IMG/VR virus record: IMGVR_UViG_3300032334_002567
Location: 317,444-381,443 of that record
Length of the DNA: 64,000 bases
Reading direction: 5' to 3' (one strand)
The notes beneath the pieces were generated by a model. That model worked only from the letters and a program-made list of their open reading frames with translations, had not been told where the DNA came from and made no database searches. Positions 46,288-57,303 of this stretch are shown here, one piece after another. Each line of letters begins with the position of its first letter. Within the stretch, counting starts at the first letter, position 1. Position numbers and translations under genes: made by a program.

Positions 46288-48420
46288 ATGGGATTTGTAC
46301 ATGAAAATGAATTAGAAATACTAAAAAGAAGAATTGCAACTATAGAAAATAGGTTCGGAAATATAAGCTACGAACTAAAAGGCGTAGTGAAGTCAGAACT
46401 CACAGCAGGAATGACAGTAATACAAGCCTCGCAAATGCAATATGGGCTTTATACCGCTATGTGCATAGACACAATAGATATATGGAAACAAAATAGAATA
46501 AGATGGTTTTCACCTTTGTTTCATAATCCCAAACAAGATTACAAAGAATTTCCTTGGGCTTTACCTGTCTCTTCTATGGGTGGATTTGATGATTGTGGAT
46601 TAACTTGGGTGCCACCGGCAGGATCAACGGTTTGTGTACTATTTGAAAATGGAAATAGGGAATGCCCATTTTATATAGGCACAACGTGGCACAGAGACAG
46701 AGGACCAGATGGTAATCACAAATTCGGAGTAGGAATACCAGAGTATCAAAGAGTTTCAGAAGGACATAGAAGAGGGTACATGGTTGGTCCAAACGATGGT
46801 TCACAGGTTTTTCCACCATGGAATACAGAAAATTATAACGGATACGATCTATCCTCTGTTGTTGATTTTGCAAGTAATCCAGAAGCTCAGAAGATCATAA
46901 CTTATCCCAACATTTATGGCTTTAAAACTCCAGAAAAACATATGATCAAAATGGTTGATGGAGATCCAAAATGCAATAGAAAGTGGAAAAGATTTGAAAT
47001 CATGTCTAGTTGTGGAAACTGGATAATGTTGAAGGACGATCATCTTCACTATGCAGGCCAGTGGGCCAATCCTCAATGTGGTGGAGTTCGTCAAGGAGAA
47101 ACAAGCTGTGTGGAAGGGGCATCTAATAGTGGTGCAGCAAACACAACAAACACAGAAGGTGCCAATCCGGCAAATACAAAAGACATAACTCCAAAATTTG
47201 GAAAGAAAAAAGAAGAGACAAGTTGTGATGGAAATCAAAGCAACTCAAAAATAATAGGGGGACATCCAAATACAGGACACCCACAAACAAAATATATAGA
47301 AACACAAGTAGGACACAACCCATTCTTTAAACATAGTCAAGAATGCAGGCCATACAGAGGACCGGGAACTCCTCAAAATCCAGCTGTAGATTTACCTCAG
47401 TCTGGAATACAGATTATGTCCATATCTGGTCACACTTTTGTTATGGACGATTCTGTTGAAGAACCTTCTGGTAACCCAGAGTGGGAAAGGTCAATGCAAG
47501 AGTTTGATTTTGGTTGTAATAATCACTATGTAGGAAGAACATATTGGCAATCTGCAACCGGTCACAGAATAGAGATGAGTGACGTTGAAAGCCCACAAGG
47601 AGATGAAGGAGCAAATTTAAGGGGCGAAGACAATTATATTAAAATGACCACTGCTAACGGCAATAAAATTGAAATGAATGATCACACCATTCAACAAAAA
47701 GATTGTCCTGGTTGTCCACCTAACATTGCAGGAGAAAGAAGAGGAATTCACCTTCAATCAACTAGCAATCACACAATTGATATGGTGGATTATACAAACG
47801 AGCAGTGCGGGCCGTGCAGAAGAGAGGGCGGAGTACCAATCAGTGAAGCTAAAAGAGCCTATGTAAGAATAAGAACCGGTTATGGTTTAGAAATGACTTA
47901 CAATGATGATTTTAGTCAAAAAGAGACACAACAACAGTATATTCAAATTTTCTGTCCACAAAAAGATAACAAAGAAAGAGGCCCACATATACATCGTTAC
48001 CAAGAAGCACCAAGTGGGCCTGGACTAATATTTCTCAGAGCAGGAGGAAACTATGTTGTTTCTACATATGATAATCAAATATCTATCATAGGAGACCCAG
48101 ACCTAAATCCTTCAGATAAAATTGAGATTATTAGTAGAATTAAATTAGTTTATTGTAAAGACGTTTACGTTAACGTCACTGATAAGCTGCATCTGTTCTT
48201 AGCAAAAGATAAAATACTATTATTGGCCGGTGAAGATAATGATGCTCCGCCAGGAGGTTGTTGTGGTGCAGAGCAACCAAACGTTGGGCCTGTTTTAGTT
48301 TATGACCCATGTTCTGGATGTATAAGATTGAGCGATAGAATATTCGGCAGTACGAGTTCGAATGCTCCTGCTGCTTCTATTTTTATGCTGACCCCGTTTG
48401 CAAAGTGTCCAGGCTGTTAA
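46288..48420 (+). CDS. Baseplate central spike (gp5/VgrG-like)
   Basis: WALP..VPPAGSTVCVLFENGN..PFYIG OB fold; SGH..MDD beta-helix repeats. Confidence 0.8.
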   Translation: MGFVHENELEILKRRIATIENRFGNISYELKGVVKSELTAGMTVIQASQMQYGLYTAMCIDTIDIWKQNRIRWFSPLFHNPKQDYKEFPWALPVSSMGGFDDCGLTWVPPAGSTVCVLFENGNRECPFYIGTTWHRDRGPDGNHKFGVGIPEYQRVSEGHRRGYMVGPNDGSQVFPPWNTENYNGYDLSSVVDFASNPEAQKIITYPNIYGFKTPEKHMIKMVDGDPKCNRKWKRFEIMSSCGNWIMLKDDHLHYAGQWANPQCGGVRQGETSCVEGASNSGAANTTNTEGANPANTKDITPKFGKKKEETSCDGNQSNSKIIGGHPNTGHPQTKYIETQVGHNPFFKHSQECRPYRGPGTPQNPAVDLPQSGIQIMSISGHTFVMDDSVEEPSGNPEWERSMQEFDFGCNNHYVGRTYWQSATGHRIEMSDVESPQGDEGANLRGEDNYIKMTTANGNKIEMNDHTIQQKDCPGCPPNIAGERRGIHLQSTSNHTIDMVDYTNEQCGPCRREGGVPISEAKRAYVRIRTGYGLEMTYNDDFSQKETQQQYIQIFCPQKDNKERGPHIHRYQEAPSGPGLIFLRAGGNYVVSTYDNQISIIGDPDLNPSDKIEIISRIKLVYCKDVYVNVTDKLHLFLAKDKILLLAGEDNDAPPGGCCGAEQPNVGPVLVYDPCSGCIRLSDRIFGSTSSNAPAASIFMLTPFAKCPGC

Positions 48421-48433
48421 TTTTGGAGTTATA

Positions 48434-48862
48434 ATGAAAAAATTTTTAGGAGCACCATACCCTATAGAAAAAAATCCGAATGGTTTTCTATATTCACAAA
48501 GTGGAATAAATCAAATAAAAGCAGATATGCTTATATTACTTTTGACTAATCCTGGCGAGCGTGTAATGAATCCTGCGTATGGGACTCCTTTAAAAAAGTT
48601 AATATTTGAGCCAAATGACGAAATTTTAAAACAAAAAGCCAGAAATATAATTTTTAACTCAATTAGTAGATGGGAACCTAGAGTAGTAATAAATCAGGTT
48701 GAGGTTTTAACTAATATTGAAAATTCTTCTCTAAATAGCAATGACGACCTAACAGAAAAAAGTCACATTCTATTTGTTAGAATTATTTTTATAGATCCTC
48801 AAAACATACAACAAGTACAAGAACTGACCTTAGAAGTCCCATTAGCTGGAACAGGAGCTTGA
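48434..48862 (+). CDS. Baseplate gp25-like protein
   Basis: LLLTNPGERVMNPAYG..L.FEP, WEPRV. Confidence 0.9.
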   Translation: MKKFLGAPYPIEKNPNGFLYSQSGINQIKADMLILLLTNPGERVMNPAYGTPLKKLIFEPNDEILKQKARNIIFNSISRWEPRVVINQVEVLTNIENSSLNSNDDLTEKSHILFVRIIFIDPQNIQQVQELTLEVPLAGTGA

Positions 48863-48863
48863 T

Positions 48864-50420
48864 ATGCCAATAAACAATTGTCCATTTGATGTTACGCCTT
48901 ATTCACAATCAAATAATATTGTTACACCAAATATATTTAATTTAAATTATACTAATCAAGACTACTGGTCTATGAAGACTAGGCTTATAGACTTTATAAG
49001 ACAAAAATTTGATAAAGAGTTCTCAGACTTTGTTGAGTCTTCTTTAGCAATAATGTTAATAGAGAATTGGGCTTTTATTGCAGATACTTTAAGTTTTAAG
49101 ATGGATCAAATTGCAAATGAAGTTTTTATAGACACAGTTACAGAATTAGAAAATGCCTTCAGACTAGCAAAATTGGTAGGGTTTCAACCACAGCCTCCTA
49201 TAGCAGCTAGTTCATTGTGGACAGCTAGACTCAACAACCCTTTACTTTCTGACGTAGTTGTTCCGGCTCCTTTTGCAATAGAAACTACAGCAGGTGCAAC
49301 TGGAATAGACTTAGAATTGTTCCCTGCCGATGCAAATAATAATCCTATTTTTAATCAAGATATAACAATACCTGCTGGAGGTGTGGTTAATGCGAGCATA
49401 GTTGGTCTAGAAGGAAAAACAAGAAAAATAAGCTCGGTAGGGGATGGATCTGTTGGACAAACTATAACATTGAATAGAAACCCAGTAATATTTAATTCAG
49501 TTAGTGTAGAAGTTGATGGAGTTAAATGGACACAAGTAGAGTACTTTACAGACTCTCAGCCTAGAAGAGAGTATAGAGTAGAATATGACTCTACCTACAC
49601 AGCTTATGTTATATTTGGCAACAATAGAGCTGGTCTGATTCCTTCTAAAGGAAGCAAAATATTAGTAACTTATAGAAATGGCGGAGGCAACATAGGCAAT
49701 ATAGTAAGTGGAACAATAACTAAACAAACCGTTATAAATGTATCAGGAATAGCTTATCCAGTATCTGTTTCTTTTTCAAATTATACTAAGGGTCAGTATG
49801 GATATGATGGAGATACAATAATAGATATTAAAAATAAACTTCCAGCTTGGACAAGAGCCCAACAAAGAGCAGTAACGGGATTAGATTACAAAACTTTGGT
49901 AGATCTTTTTGCAACACCATATCAAGGCCAAATAGGCAAATCAACAGCAGTACTAAGAAACTATGGATGTTCAGGAAATATAATTGATATCTATGTATTA
50001 GCTTTAGATGGCACAGATAAATTAGCAGAAGCTAGTGATGAGTTAAAAGTTGAGCTTACAAACTATTTGAACGAAGTAAAAATGCTAACAGATTATGTGT
50101 GTATTAAAAATGGATCAATAGTTATTGTAGATGCATCGATAGACGTAGTTCTAGATAGATTTTATAGAAAATTTGAAGATGAATTTAGAATAAAAATAGA
50201 AAGAAGAATAAATAATTTCTTTTCTTTACAAAAATGGGATTATAACAAAAATCTTAAAGATAGTGAAATTGTAAAAAGCTTATCTGATCTAAGAGAAATT
50301 AATAGAATAGATGTTAACTTTGTTACAAACGATGCAAATAACGGTGGTACAAATGTCACAACTAAGTTTTATGAAATTATACGACCAGATCTAATTGAAA
50401 TATCTTTTACATACGAGTGA
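48864..50420 (+). CDS. Baseplate wedge protein (gp6/BplJ-like)
   Basis: YTNQDY, SDFVESS, FGNNRAG.IP, RAVTGLDY. Confidence 0.85.
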   Translation: MPINNCPFDVTPYSQSNNIVTPNIFNLNYTNQDYWSMKTRLIDFIRQKFDKEFSDFVESSLAIMLIENWAFIADTLSFKMDQIANEVFIDTVTELENAFRLAKLVGFQPQPPIAASSLWTARLNNPLLSDVVVPAPFAIETTAGATGIDLELFPADANNNPIFNQDITIPAGGVVNASIVGLEGKTRKISSVGDGSVGQTITLNRNPVIFNSVSVEVDGVKWTQVEYFTDSQPRREYRVEYDSTYTAYVIFGNNRAGLIPSKGSKILVTYRNGGGNIGNIVSGTITKQTVINVSGIAYPVSVSFSNYTKGQYGYDGDTIIDIKNKLPAWTRAQQRAVTGLDYKTLVDLFATPYQGQIGKSTAVLRNYGCSGNIIDIYVLALDGTDKLAEASDELKVELTNYLNEVKMLTDYVCIKNGSIVIVDASIDVVLDRFYRKFEDEFRIKIERRINNFFSLQKWDYNKNLKDSEIVKSLSDLREINRIDVNFVTNDANNGGTNVTTKFYEIIRPDLIEISFTYE

Positions 50421-50427
50421 GGAAAAC

Positions 50428-53400
50428 TTGGCTGTTCTTACAATTAATGATAATCCTTCTATAAGTGATACAATAGTATTCGATCTAAACACAACTTTAT
50501 CAAGTGAGTGTATTAGTGATCCGTATAAAGTTAATAGTATAGTCATATACTTTGTTTCCAGAGACTTTGCTAGTGGAAATACTCAATCTTATGAAAAAGA
50601 AGTATATGATACCAATAAATTAAGAGCGGCGGAAGAAGCAGAAGCCTTGGCTTGTAATGATCCTACAGAAGATAATATTTTAAAAGCTAAGAAGTATAGA
50701 AATGAAGCGGAAGACAGCAAAAGCCTAAATTCTTTCTTTTTTAAAGAGGCTGTTCCAGTAAAAATAATTGGTACCGAGGGGTATCCAGCTTGGCTAAGCA
50801 CCGATTTAGATGAAAATAACCATTTAAAAATACAACCTTTAGACAAAGTGGGTATAGGAAAATTTCAATATACATGGGAGCCAGAGGGAGCAAGAGAAGG
50901 AGATTACTTTATATGCTGGACTTGGACCCCTAATATAGCCGGGGATAGCTTTTCTTCTCATCAAAAATTTAGTTTGATGGGTGACACACAGACAACGACA
51001 AGTATACCCACGCATTTTACTGATCCTAAAAAGTATATTACTTTGCTTGACAAATATACTCCAGAGATGTTTAAAAATATTATAACTGATGGTGATAGAA
51101 CTGCCGATGTTATTGATAAGTTTAATAAATCTATAGCAATGGGTTTTGATGTTCTGGAGAATTTGACAAATCAAATTGTGGATCTTCAAGATGCAAATTC
51201 ATTGCATGAATTTTTAATTCCTTATCTATCAAACCTTTTTGGCTTAAAATTAAGTACAGATGATCCCACACGTTGGCGTGGACAAATAAAAAGAGCCATT
51301 CCTTTGTACAAATCCAAAGGAACAAAAAGAGCACTACATGAAGCACTTGAACATAGTGGTACCACCCTTCATAGCGTTAAACAGCTTTGGCAGGTAATCT
51401 CTTCTTATACTTGGCAAGAATCTTTTGTTTACGATGGAACTAATAATACATTTATATTAGAAAAAAATATTCAAGGAATAGACACAGACAATTTTGAAAT
51501 TTATTGGAGAGCGGATTCAGGTGATTTATGGGAAGAATACGATTCAAACTATGTAAATTTTAGCTATGAAGATGGCAAAACTATTATGACTTGGATTGGA
51601 GATCAAATAGCTGGAGAAGAAAAGAAAGTTTTAGAAGCTGGAGATGAGGTAAGAGTTTTATATTTGTATAGAGACATACCAAGTAGCTCACAGACTATAG
51701 AGAGTTACATAAGAACATTGCCTCTAATGGATACCAGAGATGGAGAACAACTTTCTGAATTTCCTCCAAAAAACTGGAACGTTCGGTTAATCTCAGAAGA
51801 TGATCCAATGTTTAATATGGTTATACCAGATAGAAATCCATTTCACGACCCATTAATTTATGGAAAGATAAGAACTGAATTTCCATATAGTGAAAACATC
51901 TATAACATGGAAGAATACAACGGAAGCATTAGAGACTCAAGAAATCCTTGTGATATTGATAAAAGATTCATAGACCCCTGTACGGCTTGTATAAGCAGCA
52001 ACTACAATTTAGACTTAGAAGTTGAAGAGATATGTGATGATAAAATCTTAGAAGTAAAAGAAGTTATAAAAAACAATACGCCTTTTCATGCTGTTCTGTA
52101 CAGTTGTAATTTTACTGGTGGTTTGAATGAATTCGTAGAACCTCCAGTAGAAAGCTTAGAAGTTCTAGCCACATATTCAGGCGGAGACTTTGTTCTTTCT
52201 GGCACCGCCGATCCTTATTTTCACAGAATAATGCTAAATGTAGAAACACAAGGAATAAAAAGAAATGAGCTGGCAAACAAAGACATTGTTTTTTCTGGAA
52301 CTGGTTTGGCCTATAACGAAAAAATAGTAATGTTTTGTCCTTCTACGGTTTTATCAGACTCTGGTTTATCAAGTGATGGCTCTTGTTATGTCGATGTCAA
52401 ATCTCCTTCGCCTATAAGTGGACAGTACAACATAGTAGGAGCAAAAACAAATACAGTTGAACTAGCTAGTGCTGCAGAACCTTTGGATAGTTGTGATTCG
52501 GTCTTTGACTCATCAGAACTTAACTCTTGTGCTTTTACATTTGACATTAATGGTGAGATGAACCTAATTAATGGCACTAATTGCAATATAGAACAAGATA
52601 ATTTATATAAATTAAGTGATGAAAATGTAAACTTTTATGATCTTGGAGTCAAATCACAGAAGGAACCTGCTTCTTGGAAGGTTTTAATAGAAGAATACTC
52701 AGCCACTCCTTATCTTATAAAAGATATATTGCCTAGCGGAGAATTAGTTCTAGAAAATGACGGATCTTTACCCGCATCAAATGCATCAAATGTAATATAC
52801 TCTATATTAAATAATGAAGATGAAGAAATAGTTCCATCAGAAACAGGAATGCTAAATCTGGAAAAAAGAGGTTTGGTTACAGTGCTAAACTTGAAAATAT
52901 CTGGCCTATTTTTAAATAAAGAATATTACCAAAAAGTTAGTGGCAATGAATATTTGGTAGGGGCAAAGATAATAGGAGAGGGCGGAGATCCAGATCAATA
53001 TTATATAGAAGGATATAACCTTGGAGACATGAATGGAGTAGAAATAAAAATAATAGAAAAAATAATCAAATCTAAGGTGGGTTATCTTAGCTATAATGGT
53101 CTAAAGCTTAAGGTTGATGGAAATTTAGAGATGGATCTGAGTATACAAAATGGTGCAAGTCAAATTGGTGGTGATCTTTCAAATCCAAGTAATTTTTGGT
53201 TAGATAATAATAATTTTAAAGAGAATTTTATTATACTTCTTGATGAAGTGGCTTATTGGATATCTGAAATAGAGTATAATTCTGGTGGTAATTATACTAT
53301 AATTACATTATCCGGTCCCAGTACATACTGGAAGACCTTACCTTTTGGTGGAACTAGTGTGAACATAGAAATATATCAATATGAGAAACTAGGTAGAACC

Positions 53401-53613
53401 ATAATTGGACAAAATTTTGATCTTCCTGAACATGAATTCCAAACTATAGATAGGAGTGGAAGAGAAGTAATATACGGGATTGACACAAATCAAGACACAG
53501 TTGTAAGCCTATCTGAACCTGTAAAGCCCGAGGGTTTTAATGATTCTATAGGTCAAAAAGAAGAAATATCACTGAAAATTGAAAGAAAGAAAAAGGAGAA
53601 TAAAGATGAATGA
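50428..53613 (+). CDS. Baseplate wedge protein (gp7/P2 gpI-like)
   Basis: FLIPYLSNLFG..WR..IK.AIPLYKSKGT, PFHA; probable TTG start. Confidence 0.7.
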   Translation: MAVLTINDNPSISDTIVFDLNTTLSSECISDPYKVNSIVIYFVSRDFASGNTQSYEKEVYDTNKLRAAEEAEALACNDPTEDNILKAKKYRNEAEDSKSLNSFFFKEAVPVKIIGTEGYPAWLSTDLDENNHLKIQPLDKVGIGKFQYTWEPEGAREGDYFICWTWTPNIAGDSFSSHQKFSLMGDTQTTTSIPTHFTDPKKYITLLDKYTPEMFKNIITDGDRTADVIDKFNKSIAMGFDVLENLTNQIVDLQDANSLHEFLIPYLSNLFGLKLSTDDPTRWRGQIKRAIPLYKSKGTKRALHEALEHSGTTLHSVKQLWQVISSYTWQESFVYDGTNNTFILEKNIQGIDTDNFEIYWRADSGDLWEEYDSNYVNFSYEDGKTIMTWIGDQIAGEEKKVLEAGDEVRVLYLYRDIPSSSQTIESYIRTLPLMDTRDGEQLSEFPPKNWNVRLISEDDPMFNMVIPDRNPFHDPLIYGKIRTEFPYSENIYNMEEYNGSIRDSRNPCDIDKRFIDPCTACISSNYNLDLEVEEICDDKILEVKEVIKNNTPFHAVLYSCNFTGGLNEFVEPPVESLEVLATYSGGDFVLSGTADPYFHRIMLNVETQGIKRNELANKDIVFSGTGLAYNEKIVMFCPSTVLSDSGLSSDGSCYVDVKSPSPISGQYNIVGAKTNTVELASAAEPLDSCDSVFDSSELNSCAFTFDINGEMNLINGTNCNIEQDNLYKLSDENVNFYDLGVKSQKEPASWKVLIEEYSATPYLIKDILPSGELVLENDGSLPASNASNVIYSILNNEDEEIVPSETGMLNLEKRGLVTVLNLKISGLFLNKEYYQKVSGNEYLVGAKIIGEGGDPDQYYIEGYNLGDMNGVEIKIIEKIIKSKVGYLSYNGLKLKVDGNLEMDLSIQNGASQIGGDLSNPSNFWLDNNNFKENFIILLDEVAYWISEIEYNSGGNYTIITLSGPSTYWKTLPFGGTSVNIEIYQYEKLGRTIIGQNFDLPEHEFQTIDRSGREVIYGIDTNQDTVVSLSEPVKPEGFNDSIGQKEEISLKIERKKKENKDE

Positions 53614-54076
53614 GGAAGTAAAAGTTTTTGGACATGTTTATGGTCAAATAGAACACAAAGATGGAACAAAAGTTCCTTTTGACTTCCCAAATACAATATT
53701 GTCAAAAGGAAGACAAGCTTTAGCCTCATCCTTAGCAAAGAACTTTACAGGAGACTTTGAATTCTATATTTCTAGAATGTTATTCGGTGACGGAGGTACT
53801 ACTGAAGATGGGATAAAGAAGTATGTTAATACAAGCAGAGATGGTTTGTTTGGAACTTTAGTAGCATCAAAGCCAGTAATGTCTTCTGTCGATAGCAATA
53901 TGCCATATCAGGCAATATTTACGTCTGTACTTAGGTTTGACGAAGCCAATGGATTAATAAATGAAATGGCGCTACAGATGTCTAACGGCAACCTCTATAG
54001 TATGGTTACATTTCCGGATTTAAACAAAAGCGATGAAATGCAGATCACTTTTAATTGGAGACTCAGTTTTGTTTGA
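53606..54076 (+). CDS. Tail collar/fibre attachment-like protein
   Basis: NTIL..G, FGDGGT, INEMAL, FPDLNK, W.LSF. Confidence 0.6.
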   Translation: MNEEVKVFGHVYGQIEHKDGTKVPFDFPNTILSKGRQALASSLAKNFTGDFEFYISRMLFGDGGTTEDGIKKYVNTSRDGLFGTLVASKPVMSSVDSNMPYQAIFTSVLRFDEANGLINEMALQMSNGNLYSMVTFPDLNKSDEMQITFNWRLSFV

Positions 54077-54087
54077 TTTGGGGGACA

Positions 54088-54201
54088 ATGAAAAATTTTT
54101 GGCTAGATAAGTATGAAGAAAAAATAAAAAAACAAGAAGAAGCAGAAAAAGAAAACCAAAATAAAGATACAGAAGAAACAGAGTGGATACTAGACGTATA
54201 A
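54088..54201 (+). CDS. 37-aa charged peptide
   Basis: GGGGA RBS; fills the intergenic gap. Confidence 0.35.
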   Translation: MKNFWLDKYEEKIKKQEEAEKENQNKDTEETEWILDV

Positions 54202-54210
54202 GGAGATGTT

Positions 54211-55491
54211 ATGCCTGACTTAAATAAAATGCCGGTGCCAAAATATTCTGCTGATCAGCCCTACCATTGGGAGTATGATAATCTACCTCTACAGGCATTA
54301 GAAGATCGAGATATCGCAATAAACAATGCCGTAGATCAGCAAACTCAAATATTAGTAGATGCCGCAGGCACACAAGGAAATATTGCAAATAGGCTAGATC
54401 AGTCTATCAATGATGACGGCAATTTAAAGTCTTCCGCTGTTGATGAGACGATACACAATGTAGCCAAACATTCAGATGGAACAATTACTGTAGATACAGA
54501 AGAACTAAATTTTTATGTTGACACATTAGGCTATTCAACAGTTGTCAACCCAGTTCCCTTTGTCAGAATGTTAGAGGCAGAAAGAAATAAACTTGCCTTG
54601 ATTGCTGAAGAGGCTACGAATTTAAAGGTAGAGATTTGCACAGAGGATAGAGGGTTAGAATCAGCTTGTACATCTGAAAATAAAGTAAATCTTTTTGATG
54701 ATGGAACTTTAAAGTTAAGGCCCTCAGACAGCATACACTGGGAGTTTGAGTCTCCAAACATAATAAGACCAGTTTTGAGTGCTTCTTTAGAATTTGCTCA
54801 TAGACATTATTATGATATTACACCAATATCACAATCGGAAGAACCAACAGAAACTGAACTTTATTATAAAGTTTTTGATGTGACTTCTACCAACACGGCT
54901 TACACACCAGGAAGTTTAAGAGTTTATTTAAACGGAGTTAGATTGAGTGGTGAATCAGAAGTTTACTATCCTCCTGCAACTGATCAATCTAATTTAAATT
55001 TTTCTAAAAATCCCGAAATTTATCCCTCAAGTGTAGATACTGTACCCTCTCAACCTTTAAATTTGTCAGGATCACCAGCAAACGGATCTATAGTTCTTTC
55101 GTGGAATGCACCAGCTTCTAATGGTGGCAGCTCAATAACAAATTACGTTTATCAGTATAGTACAAACAACGGTGTATCATGGTCTATAGCTGCGAGCACC
55201 AGTTCGACATCTACTACTTATACAGTAGGAGGCTTAACTAATGGAAAAGGGTATGTTTTTAGAATAGCTGCTGTAAACATAGTGGGTCGTGGCCCTTATA
55301 CAACCCCAACTTCTGGGGTTTGGAGTGCAGGTAAGTGGTTGACTAACAAGTACACGGAAGATCCAAGAGGTGGAACTTTCACTCTTCTACATGCAATAAC
55401 AGAATCAGATGTAATTAAAATAGATTTCGATGTTTGCGTGTCTAGTCTGCCTTGCCAAGCCGATCACATGGGCAGCCTTTCTGTAGAATAA
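54211..55491 (+). CDS. Virion structural protein with fibronectin type III domain
   Basis: PSQP.NL...LSWNAPASNGGS.ITNY...GLTNG..Y.FRIAAVN..G. Confidence 0.8.
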   Translation: MPDLNKMPVPKYSADQPYHWEYDNLPLQALEDRDIAINNAVDQQTQILVDAAGTQGNIANRLDQSINDDGNLKSSAVDETIHNVAKHSDGTITVDTEELNFYVDTLGYSTVVNPVPFVRMLEAERNKLALIAEEATNLKVEICTEDRGLESACTSENKVNLFDDGTLKLRPSDSIHWEFESPNIIRPVLSASLEFAHRHYYDITPISQSEEPTETELYYKVFDVTSTNTAYTPGSLRVYLNGVRLSGESEVYYPPATDQSNLNFSKNPEIYPSSVDTVPSQPLNLSGSPANGSIVLSWNAPASNGGSSITNYVYQYSTNNGVSWSIAASTSSTSTTYTVGGLTNGKGYVFRIAAVNIVGRGPYTTPTSGVWSAGKWLTNKYTEDPRGGTFTLLHAITESDVIKIDFDVCVSSLPCQADHMGSLSVE

Positions 55492-55492
55492 T

Positions 55493-56029
55493 ATGAAACT
55501 ATACGTAAAAAAGAAGCTAGATTATGGATTCATAATCTTGTGTCATGACAACAATATTGGGCTACTAAAATCTACCGCAAATTCTATAAAAAGAAGGTAT
55601 GAAGGGGTGCCATACATATGCATAACAGAAAAAGATGCTAAAACAATTGATATTAAATCAATGAAAGATGTGTGCCCCACCTTTAAAGGAAAAAGTACTT
55701 TTAGCTCTTTGATAAACTCTGGAATGAAGAATACCAAAGCAGAATGGAATTTTATAGTCTTTGCAGGCACGACTGTACGAAGCAGAATGGACGAAAAATT
55801 TTTTCTATTTATCAATAGCAAAAAAGATGTTTTATTTCCTATTGCAGACAATAAAACCGACTTTGTCAGCGGAACTTTGAATGGACTTTTATTGAATAAA
55901 GAAACTTTTAAAGAAATAGGAGATATAGAAGAAAATGGAAGCTTAGATTATGTAAAAACTATGTGGGCCTGTGAGGCGATACAAAAAGGGTGTAATTTCA
56001 AGGCTATAGCAAATACAAAAATTTGTTAA
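55493..56029 (+). CDS. Degenerate GT2-like protein
   Basis: FIIL, IN.GMK...EW pattern; no clear DxD. Confidence 0.35.
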   Translation: MKLYVKKKLDYGFIILCHDNNIGLLKSTANSIKRRYEGVPYICITEKDAKTIDIKSMKDVCPTFKGKSTFSSLINSGMKNTKAEWNFIVFAGTTVRSRMDEKFFLFINSKKDVLFPIADNKTDFVSGTLNGLLLNKETFKEIGDIEENGSLDYVKTMWACEAIQKGCNFKAIANTKIC

Positions 56030-56538
56030 ATGATTTCATAACAAAAATGCCATCTGTTGTTGTAAGAGTGCTTTCCATTGTCAACTTCTTGTAAATGATC
56101 GTAAATTTCATCCCAAGATCCAAAAAAATTAGAATGATCCATATATCCGTAGAACCATGCAGGGACCTTTTCTTTTCCTTGAGGGCAAATTATAAATGTA
56201 GGTTTTTTTGAATCATTACTTCTAATAACCTCTTCTGTTGTGCCGGTTGTGGGAACTTTATATGGCATATAAGCTATAAGAAGATCGCATCTATCAACCA
56301 TGCATAGGTCTTTTCTTACAAAGCATCTAGCTATACTTGCCATCCGTTCGTAATCTTTATTCTGTCTGGCGGTGGCTAACTCTTCTGTCCACTGGTTTTT
56401 GGGATCAGCATGTGGATCAAAAACAGAAAGACCGAACTTTTCAAATAAGTTTTTTTTCGGTTCATCTCTCCAATTTGGTCCAGAGTCAAACTCTATAGCT
56501 CCAGATAAATATACATTCTTTCCTTTTAAATAATTCAT
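56026..56538 (-). CDS. Nucleoside 2-deoxyribosyltransferase-like protein
   Basis: VYLSGAI, WR, FDP, DL.MVDRCD, GTTEE. Confidence 0.7.
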   Translation of the reverse strand: MNYLKGKNVYLSGAIEFDSGPNWRDEPKKNLFEKFGLSVFDPHADPKNQWTEELATARQNKDYERMASIARCFVRKDLCMVDRCDLLIAYMPYKVPTTGTTEEVIRSNDSKKPTFIICPQGKEKVPAWFYGYMDHSNFFGSWDEIYDHLQEVDNGKHSYNNRWHFCYEII

Positions 56539-56607
56539 TTTTACTCCTGACTTTTTGAGCAAAAAACACTCTAATTAAGGTGTGTATCTTACAAAAAAGG
56601 ACTTATC

Positions 56608-57303
56608 ATGTCAAATGAAATAAGTTTAAATATGGAATTAAAAGAAGAAATATCAAAAATACTAAAGAATGAAGTAGCAGAAAGACATAGTTATTTTCAA
56701 TTAAGATATTTCCTAATTGGAAAAGAGCCAACAAACCAATCAAAAATGTGGCAGTGTATAAAAGAGCTAAAAATTAGAAAAGAAGCACTTGATTCCTTAG
56801 AATTAGAATATCAAGAACAAAAAGACAAACTAGAGTTACTTGGTCTAGAAGAAAGTTTATTAGAAATTGAAAAATTTGAAACAAATAATGAACAAGAGTT
56901 AATTTTAAGAGACAAACAAAAAGAAATAAAAATAAGAAGAATTAAAAGACAAAAACAGGCTGTAATTTCTTCGCTAAACGAATTCATAAATAAGAAAAAA
57001 TACATAGAAGAAGAATCAAGGTTCTTTCTTGAAATGTTTAAATCCCTAGAATCAATCGAGAAATTAAAACCATTTGACGATGTAGATGCCCAAAAAGAAT
57101 ACTGGGCAGAACGTTTATCCCAAAAATTAAACCTTAAAATGTTGACGAATGGTCAACTAGATACTGAGCTAATAGAAACAATTGTGGCCCTACCTGATGA
57201 TATGAAAATCAAGCACCAAGCCATAAAAATGTTAGATTTAAGGCACTCCCAAATGACTCAATCCTTAGAAAGTGGCTTAAAGAGAGAGGAAGCTAATGGT
57301 TGA
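56608..57303 (+). CDS. Coiled-coil phage protein
   Basis: E/K-rich heptads; overlaps the next gene. Confidence 0.65.
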   Translation: MSNEISLNMELKEEISKILKNEVAERHSYFQLRYFLIGKEPTNQSKMWQCIKELKIRKEALDSLELEYQEQKDKLELLGLEESLLEIEKFETNNEQELILRDKQKEIKIRRIKRQKQAVISSLNEFINKKKYIEEESRFFLEMFKSLESIEKLKPFDDVDAQKEYWAERLSQKLNLKMLTNGQLDTELIETIVALPDDMKIKHQAIKMLDLRHSQMTQSLESGLKREEANG

